This document shows, in pieces, positions 55,601-64,000 of a DNA stretch of 64,000 nucleotides. Where the stretch lies: positions 21,204,001 to 21,268,000 of the forward strand of contig NC_086373.1 in the NCBI RefSeq assembly GCF_036588685.1. Direction: 5' to 3'. The translations under genes and the position numbers were made by a program. Each line of letters begins with the position of its first letter. Position 1 is the first letter of the stretch. Below the pieces are notes generated by a model. That model had not been told where the DNA came from. It did no database searches and was given only the letters and a program-made list of their open reading frames with translations. This stretch comes from Mytilus trossulus. Lineage: Eukaryota.

Positions 55601-56673
55601 TTTTCAAAATAGTACAAATGTTCATCTTTAACTATAATACTTTTTTTTGGAATGACTTTTATTAATATTTCTTATTCTACAAACTAATCCGGCTTTCCTG
55701 GTTCATAAGTGTTATTTTTTAGTATTATTAATTGAGTATTTTATTAAACTTTTGCTTTACTCCACAGCATCCAAATTGGATGTTTACACATTTTATTTAT
55801 TACATCATCAATATAATATATGTTTTTTTTATATAATGACTTTAAAATCACTGATGACAAGTACTCAGTATATAAGATAACTTGTTTAACCAGTGGAATA
55901 TATTTCACAGACGAGGAACTTATTTTACCAGGTGAGGAACACATCTCTCAAATCCAGAACTTATTTCACCAGGTAAGGAACGAATCTCACAAACCCAGAA
56001 CTTTTTTTCACTAGGAAAGGAACAAATTACACCAACCCATTACTTATTTCACTAGGTAAAGTGGTGAACTTCTTTCATAGAGATGGAACAAATTATATAG
56101 AAATTGTCTGTGAAAAAAATTCTCCCCAGGAACATATTTTGGCTCACAATAACACCTCTTCTTATATCTGTTCTGATGATTTTGAGGTATTTGACAACTA
56201 ACTACAACCAGAGAGGTCTGGAGTGAGTATAGTTTCTGATCACATTCTAAATCAAAAATGTTCCTCTACATATGTACTTTTAAATAATGTAACCTATATG
56301 TTCTCAATTTGTTTGCTTGCTATGATTTATGAGATATCATCAAGCATATTGGTTTTTGCATGTTTTATTGTACTTCAACTTAAGGGGATTTAAAAGAAAA
56401 GGTTTAGATTTATTCTTTATTGTTAAAGTGTGATGTTAAAATCTAAATATTTTGCCACACTATCAATACATCCAAACCAACACTTTTGATTCTTAGTAAA
56501 AGGGGAATAATATGTATTTTTGTTATAGTTACTTACTTGAGACAGAATGTATGACCGCAAGGCAAAACTGTCGGTAGGTTGTAATATTCCCAACATATTC
56601 CACATTTCAGCAAATTTACTATATCTTGATTCAGAGTTACCGGAGCTACGTTCGGACGGAGTGAGGGATCCAT
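49685..56673 (-). CDS. RING-HC (C3HC4) finger protein with a helical/low-complexity C-terminus, 261 aa; exons 56537-56673, 51179-51377, 49685-50134
   Basis: MDPSLR...LKCGICWEYYNLPTVLPCGHTFCLK|CIQEIG...IDCPNCRL...VNYVLSSIVE...SFK|VDAATNTDSEACFENRINEIQKNLDG...YPLSML*. GT-AG introns, phases 2 and 0; 786 nt in frame. Confidence 0.85.
51660..51985 (-). mobile_element. Fragment of a second HINE-like/satellite-bearing repeat
   Basis: Two ~148-bp related units containing CCATGAAAATGAGGTCAAGGTCA, with a terminal AACAAGAG motif. Confidence 0.5.
53663..53934. mobile_element. PIF/Harbinger-type MITE nested in another hairpin repeat
   Basis: TIR GGGAGCTACCATTTGATTTTT..., TAA TSD (53660-53662, 53935-53937), and internal CAGGA(C/T) repeats. 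Confidence 0.85.
54391..54428 (-). ncRNA. Degenerate hammerhead ribozyme motif (5' stem I and C3 lost)
   Basis: The minus strand reads TTGATGAGTC-TAATGTA-GACGAAACGCGCGTCTGTCGTA. Confidence 0.6.
54776..54923. repeat. Near-perfect 148-bp palindrome
   Basis: ~70-bp arms with 2 mismatches around the centre CAAAGACATATCAAGACATATGTCTTTG. Confidence 0.9.
55890..56095. repeat. Degenerate ~41-bp tandem repeat
   Basis: ACTTATTTCACCAGGTAAGGAAC-like motif recurring 4-5 times. Confidence 0.6.
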
Positions 56674-57540
56674 TACCGCAATCGAAACAACGCGACTGAA
56701 AAAAAAATGCCGTCCGAACAAAACGTCCTTTGTTATGAGTTGGCAACTATCAGCGTCATAGGAGCTCTAAGCGACGCAACAAACCCGGATGTTATGCAAG
56801 ATACCCAACAAGCAAGCTTACGTTTCTAAAAAAAATGATGGCGAAAACCATTCAAAAACTTTAACTATACATAAAATCAAATTTGAGAATGGAGATTAGT
56901 AATGTGTCAAAGAGACAAAAACCCGACAAAAGAGTAGACAAACCACCATTTTCGTTGTCAGTTATTTTCGAGCTATGAGTTTGAATGTCACTCTGCTATC
57001 TTTCAAGCCTCTTTTAAACTATGTGCAGATAAGTAGAAAAAAAATTTACGAGCCTGCAATTCATAATTTGAGGATACTATACAAAGAAGAAATAAAAAGA
57101 AAGGAGATATTCTATTAAATTCAAGTCTTGCTCCTCATCGCGATATAAATAGTTGTGATTTAAAGCATTCATCAATCAATCAATCAATCGATTCCGTATA
57201 GAACCCTTTTTAAGGAATAAATTTACCTCAAAACTATCGGAAATATCAGTGTAATGCCATATCTGACAGAGCATAAATTGAATTTCATTGTCGATTTGTA
57301 CTTGTGTTTGAAATGGATCTAAGACAACTTTAGATTAATAATTTTGTTTTATTAAAACAGTAACTACGTATGCCAGAAAGGTTAAAATTCGGATCAAAAG
57401 TTGTGAAGACATGTATGGTTTCGCAATCAGGTTAATTTATCATAATGTGTGTCATGCGTCAGTGTTACGATAAGGTGCAGATATAGTATACCTGACTTTC
57501 TTTCTCTCGTTACTACAGAAATTTAACTTAGGCTAACACG

Positions 57541-60500
57541 ATGTGTGATATTTTTAAAGCGGAATTTAAGCTTAAAAATTTCAGGTTTCCATGTTCAAAG
57601 CCCGAGGCTTTATATACATGCCAGGTATGTGCTGATTTTTCACTTTTAACTTTTTCTTCCTATTTTGTGAGGTATTATTCACCCACGTAGTAGATATAAT
57701 TGTTGTACGAATTTCGTCATTTTGTCATTGCTTAATATATTTGTGCGGTTTGAAAGATGGAATGGGGACAAAATATGTTTTTAAGAAAAAAAAGTATTAG
57801 TTCGTTGTAGGATTATATGTTGCCAGTTTATTTTCGTTGAGATGTTTTGGTCTTTTGCTTTTTGCTTAACCTTTTCGCCTTTAATATATTTTTTTTTATA
57901 AAATGGTAGTTTTGTAAACACTTGTTTTAAATTGCTTAAAGAAACTCACACAGTTAATATTACAGTGAATATTGATTTAGTATTTTTGTTTGTTTGTGGT
58001 TTCTGCTATTTTGTTTTGTTTTGTTTTGTTTTGCTGTTTTATTGACGTAATCGGGATCAAATCATGGTTTTCCATTTTTAAATCATATAACTGATTTGTG
58101 TGTTTAATTTTAAATTTGTATTTTCATGTATTAGGTTAAAAAAATGCAAACTGAATTCAATCGATTCTGATAGTAATAACAAATATCTTCCGAAAATATA
58201 TTGATTAATACTACACGATAAAGGTTTTGCTTATATGCTGACCTATATATTTTTAAATTGTTTATGTCTTTTCTTTTGGTATTGGGTAATATTTGTCTGA
58301 CTGGCAATAATACTACATATCCTTATTATCAAATTCCTTCACGGGCTGTTGTATTATATATCTGTTTGCTACCATATTATTTTGTTCTACTACTGAATCT
58401 CATTCTTTTAACATTGTGCGGAAACCACATACTTGTGAAACATTTTCTTTTCCGGAAAAGATACTGATGTGTGAGTGTGCAAATAATATAGTGTGAATTA
58501 TCAAAACGAAAACAGTGCTGAAAGTGGTGTAAAACACCAATCAATCAAATCAGAAAGCAAATCGAAAACATTTTCTCTAACTGGCTTTCTCTTGTAGTTG
58601 TGTATTTGTTTTAACAACCGAAATTTTCCACATGTCATGGCATTCCTTAAACGGAACCGCAGCTTTTAGAGCTTTAAATAGACTATGTGGAAGGATTGTC
58701 CGTTCAAGAATGTCATTCATTAATCGTATAGACCAAACCCCTTCTTTCTCATTAAGAAGAGAGTTAAAGCGCAAACCTGGTTCCTCTGTAAACTCTTTTG
58801 CTTAACTAATGGTTAGTCGTGAAAAGGGTTTTATCATTTTTTTTAACTTAGCAAAATATGGCAAATCTTCGTAAGTGAAAGTACGAAAGAAAAACACGGA
58901 AAAAGTGGCGGGAAAAGATGGGGTATGGGGACTGAAAGTTTTTTTGTTTTTGTTGTTGTTGTTTCTGGTGCTTCCTAAACGGGGAACTTAATTCAAATAG
59001 TTTGTCAAATCCTTTTACGAGTCGTTTAATAAAAATTACCTTTTTAATGAACATTGGCTATTTTACCTCTTCAGGAGCAACCGAGTTCAACCTTGGTGGT
59101 CAGTGCTGTGTTGTGGTTGGTTGCACTTTTTAATGACTATTTTTTCACATAGCGATGGTCTTCTGTAGTTATTTTACAGATTTTGAACGCGCCTTTATGT
59201 GTCAGAATTACAATCTATATTTGGGTACGACCAGGATTAATCGTGTTACTATTTGGGTGTAATAGATCACATTATTTATGACCATTTCGATTGTTAAATG
59301 TATATTTAAGGGCTTATGGAAAATTTGGTAGATGAGGTATAGGTAATTGTGTCAATAAACGACATAGATTTTTGTTTTAGTATCTCATAATGAAATAATT
59401 TGTCTGGCATTGAAAACAGCGCTAATATTGCGTTGTGTATATACTCAACATGCAGTACAATGCATTCTTTGAAAAAATGAATTCGACTTGTTACATAATA
59501 ATGTCGAATGTTCTGGTTAGAATACGAGACAGACAATGCTTGAAATATGTCAGTCATACATATTACACTTTGAATAACAAAGAGGTAAACGGGTTTTTAA
59601 AGTACTATTTGCAATTGTCATTAAAAAATGTTATATGATAATAAATCAAAAGCTATATTTATATTTTAAGATATTATTAATTTTGGTAGTTTGTTAAACA
59701 ATACAAAAGCACGAAATTTATTGCATGTTTTTTTTTGTGTTGTACTTCTCATTAGGGTAATATATCATTATTTTATAGATGTAACCTGCCTCTACTTTAG
59801 CATTGTCTCACCTCGAATGAACTGAACTGATTCTTTTAAGAGATATGCACTGGTGTGCTAATGTTCTTTGCATGTTGTAATCAACTTACAAATTGTTTGA
59901 AGAGGTTTAATTCCCTTTAACATTTAAAAGGAATGCAATATGCAAATAAAAAACTCTCTTTTTGTTTAAAAACATACATGTACATGCATATCGTATCTCC
60001 TTAGCCAAACACCATTATTTTAAACTACGTAATATAGATTCTCTTCTTAAAGTGTTTGACACAGTATGATGAATTTGCTTTTTTATGTTAAACTGTGAAG
60101 TATGAGTGTTTGTATAAGAATCTGTTATATCGGTTTTATATTTGCACATCCGTAAAACATTACATCGGTTGAGAATAACAGTATTTGAAGTTGGTTAGTC
60201 TCATTTTTCTACAGGGGAACACCCATAAACAGAATGGCTTTCTTGTGTAACGACATGAGAAAGTACTTTTTATTTTGAGAAAATGAAGTTTGTGTCCTTT
60301 TGATTTAAATATGTTCACTACTTTTAAAATTTACCATTTCTAAGAACAGATTTCCCGTTATAAGCATCTTTTCTGCATAAAAATGGATTCGTTCCTCAAA
60401 TTATTAGCTTTCTTGTCTCATACTATCATGCACAAAACTTAAATGAAATCTGTTTATTTCACCTACCGTTATTTCACCTACTCCCAAAATTTCTTTTGGA

Positions 60501-61543
60501 ATTGACGTTTTTGGAGAAAATAGAGCAATTATCATACCTTTGTGTGATTTTTCAAACGCACTACAGTATTCTAAACTGAAATTAAAATGTTGTATTTTGG
60601 CTATTCTGTTTATATTAATCACTCGTTCTTCAATGCCATTGAAAGTATCAAGACCCAAAACAGCATGTGACTCAAAGCAAATTTCATCACAATTCCATCA
60701 TCTTGAAACATTATCATATGTATTGCTTGGAAAGAATAATAAACGTTTCATACTAATTTTTAATGTTTTATTTTGTAGTGGAAATGGCATCGAGCTATTT
60801 ACTGGACGATTCGTGTTATAATGGCAGCATATGCTCTCGGAGCTGTAATGACAGTCTATGTGATGTCCGTCGGAGAAAAACATGTAGTTCTTGTGTATTT
60901 AACCATTTGGACATTCACATTGCTTACAATACATCTATGGATAGCAACAGTCATAACAATATTCTACAGACCAACTATGAATAAATCTGGTGAGAAAATG
61001 CATGGTGTTACAAATCCTGATTTTCTACCTTCAAGTGTTGAAAGTACTCTGTCACAAACAGCAGACTCGAACAGAAACAACATAGAAGAAGATAAAAGAT
61101 ATATTCCTTGGTTCCTAAAATTGTCATGGTTGCTTGGAGATGTCGTGTTATCGTTTGAAATTGTGGTTTCAATAATTTACTTTGTATTTTTATTTCCGGA
61201 TAAGGAAAACAGGGGTGTGTTAATCAACGACATGAATATGCATGCCATGAATACAGTGTTTGTGTTGATTGATTTTTTTATAAGTGCAAGACCTGTTTAT
61301 TTGCTGCATGTAATTTACCCAATTATATATGGAACTATCTATGCTATATTTAGTGCCATTTACTGGACACAAGACCACGTGAACAATGTACTATATTCTG
61401 TTCTAGACTGGAATAGTCCAGGTAATGCTGTTGGTCTGGTAGTGATTTTAGCTGTTGTCATTCTACCTTTGTTTCAACTTATATTTTTTGGATTGCATCG
61501 TTTGAAGTTGAAAATCTATTATCATTTATATAAGACGACATAG
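57541..61543 (+). CDS. rost: Protein rolling stone-like multi-pass membrane protein (FAR-17a/AIG1-like), 282 aa; exons 57541-57624, 60779-61543
   Basis: MCDIFKAEFKLKNFRFPCSKPEALYTCQ|WKWHRAIYW... followed by YLTIWT, KLSWLL, MHAMNTVF.LIDF, HVIYPIIYG..Y..FS.IYW and LYSVLDW motifs; about 6 hydrophobic segments; phase-0 GT-AG intron. Confidence 0.88.
60404..60720 (-). pseudogene. Possible decayed L1/Tx1-type endonuclease fragment in the rost-like intron
   Basis: WNCDEICFESH...IPKEILGVGEITVGEIN resembles the AP-endonuclease W....SHG and IIVGDFN motifs; stops present. Confidence 0.35.
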
Positions 61544-64000
61544 GTTTAAAACATTTGGTCTGTGAATTCTTTTCGGAGATTAGCCCAACCCTGTCGAATC
61601 TTTTCGAAGACATAATGTCGGTTTTCATTAGTACGAAAATCCGCTCAGTCCCTATTACTTCTTTTCTTCGAAGATCTGCCCTGTCCCTGTCGTTTCCTTG
61701 TTTAAAGAACATTTGCGTAGGTAGTCCCTGAAGGTTCGTTTTGAAGAGACGCCCAGTCCCAGTCGTTTATTTTCCAACATGTTCATAGTCTCCCATTTCT
61801 GTGGCAACTAGGAAACTTGTTTGAAAAAGTCATTTGCCACCACTACCATTTGTTAGTTTATAACATTGTCATCGATGATATGAAGCTTGTTCCTATAGTT
61901 CAATACTATTATACACTTTTGTCATCCCGGTGCCATGCATAGCTTTAGTAGTTTCAGTTTTGCTCATTGTTTCAGCTAATACGATGACATGGAGTTGTTC
62001 ACATACTTGTTTTGTTGTCCTGCGAGGAATGCTGACTGCCAATAAGCCTGGTAACTATCTTTTTAGAACATCAGGACAAGGATTACAACAATTACAGTTC
62101 TCGTTTTAGATATTGTTGTTCGGTGTGAACCAAGGCTCCGTATATAAGGCCGTACTTTGACATATAATGGTTTACCTTTATAAATTGTTATTTGGATGGA
62201 GAGTTGTCTCATTGGCACTCACACCATATCTTCCTATATCTATAAATTGATTATATGCAAAAGCAAAATAAAGCGTAAGCTATTAAAGTATCATCTGATA
62301 TATCGAACTACTTTAAGGTATAGACATATGGCATGTAGTTGTGTTTGTGCTCCGTAACGGTTGATTGAGTTTCGCCATTTGCAACTGTTTTAACAGTTTG
62401 TTCGTGTGCTGTGTTGTTGTGTCGTTGTCAAAGAATCAGAGAGGGTCAAGTGCTGACAGACATGTTTAACTCCGTGGCGCATGTCTTCTCCAAGTCGTGA
62501 GCAATTGGTCCAGTAGTTGTCTTTGGTTCATGTCGGTCATCTTTTATTTCGTAAAGTGTAACACATTTTGTTGTTAGTTTTCTCGTTTTCATGTCGGGGT
62601 TTTGCAGAGCTGACTAGACGACATGATGTATTTCTCATTGTTTTTTGTTTACTGTACAAGTACCATATATAGAATGTAAAGCTATTCGGAGATGGAGACT
62701 GAGGGAACATGGACTTATTGTTAACGATCTAAACAGGGCTTTAAGAATTACTGCACAAAATATACGTTGTCTCGTTTTGATAAGCAGGAAATTCACCAAT
62801 GGTCAATAGCGTACATCATGAAACATTTATTTGGAAAATTATTACACAATATGTACCTAAAAGTCTTTATTCAGCCGGGAATAAAGAAGAAGTTAAAAGT
62901 AAGATACGAATATTTGTTGAACAGTCGAAAGTGAATAGTAACAAGACTTTATAGACGATGGAATAAGGACTTTCATCCTCAACAATGAATATATTGGTAA
63001 CTCTGTTTACCATGCAACATCCGTAGTAAATTGTATAAATTTAGATAAAAATGTCGATATATGAAATCACCTTTACTACCCGCTAAATGGACCATTTTTT
63101 TCATTTTCTCATATTGTAGCATTTGGAGATGAGATACACTTTTTGGTTTATTGTGACATAACAGACCTATTGTAATCGATAAAACCCTTTGTCTACAAAT
63201 TCAGTTATACACGTGTAGATTTGGGAAAATGTAAATGATTGCATACAGTTCGAGGTATCTAATTTGCGTATATCAATATGATGGCAAAATTGCGCTCTGT
63301 ATTATTTACTGAAAAAATGTATGTGCGTAGATCAAATTCAGCAATTTCATGTTTTGCATTATTGTAGTCGATACTATTTAAGTAAACCAGATCATTATAG
63401 TGGTTGTAAATTCGTTTGTTATTCATTTATCGTATTTCTATTTACTCCATACTCAGTTTTGTTGCTTTGAATAATAATAATCAAATTCTTGAATTTTTTT
63501 TTAAATAACATAACTGTGCTATAAATATAATTAAGATTATACCTGGTTCCTAAGACTTCAGCATTAATTTCACCGGTATTTATATTTTCTTTTCTTTTAG
63601 ATTGATTGAAATATGCTCCAGATTTGTATTGAAGCTACTAAGAACAGTCTATAAAATGTATATATAGTGTCCCGTAAGTCAACTTGGCTGGGTATTTGTC
63701 TTATTTATGTTACTGTACAATATATAATGTTTTTTACATAATTGTGCAAAACTTTTTAGACAAATATTTGACACTTTAATAAAAGAATTCATTATCATTG
63801 TTATTATATCTATATGATCATTTTGTTAGGCCAATGAGTGTTAAAAGAGGTCTAAAGTTTTGGACTTGTCCATCCTTCCAATTCCTCGTTTAAATGACTA
63901 TTTGAGTTGACTGTTACATGAAATTTACGTAGTCGTATCTACACACTGTATAACAGTTTTGTGACCCCTTCGTCTCATAACACCCTAAAGAAAATAAATT

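Noticed and set aside
58577-58774. 65-aa minus-strand ORF in the rost-like intron
   Set aside because: Somewhat protein-like but with no recognisable homology or partner exons.

Overview
AT-rich, intron-containing animal genomic DNA. The repeat content (a hammerhead-ribozyme retrozyme, Helentron-type elements, SINE-like and Penelope-like repeats) points to a bivalve, most likely Mytilus; this is an inference. Six protein-coding genes were reconstructed by hand from splice sites: (1) alpha-tubulin (-, 3 exons, 451 aa); (2) a RING-HC protein with a C-terminal membrane anchor (-, 3 exons, 283 aa); (3) an intronless 122-aa coiled-coil ORF with an RVxF-like motif, head-to-head with gene 2; (4) a 13-exon secreted protein with a signal peptide, a Cys-rich module, 7 TSP1 repeats and 3 CBM14 chitin-binding domains (+, 704 aa); (5) a second RING-HC gene with the same intron phases as gene 2 but an unrelated tail (-, 261 aa); (6) a rolling stone/FAR-17a-AIG1-like membrane protein (+, 282 aa), head-to-head with gene 5. 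Much of the remaining sequence is transposon-derived. It includes a 4 x ~2.03 kb tandem array of nested transposon ends just upstream of tubulin; non-autonomous elements with readable target-site duplications (hAT 6 bp, P-like 7 bp, ISL2EU-like AT, Transib-like 5 bp, IS3EU-like 6 bp, Harbinger TWA); and a very young non-coding LTR element with TATA...TATA ends. All calls were made by eye; no database search was run.
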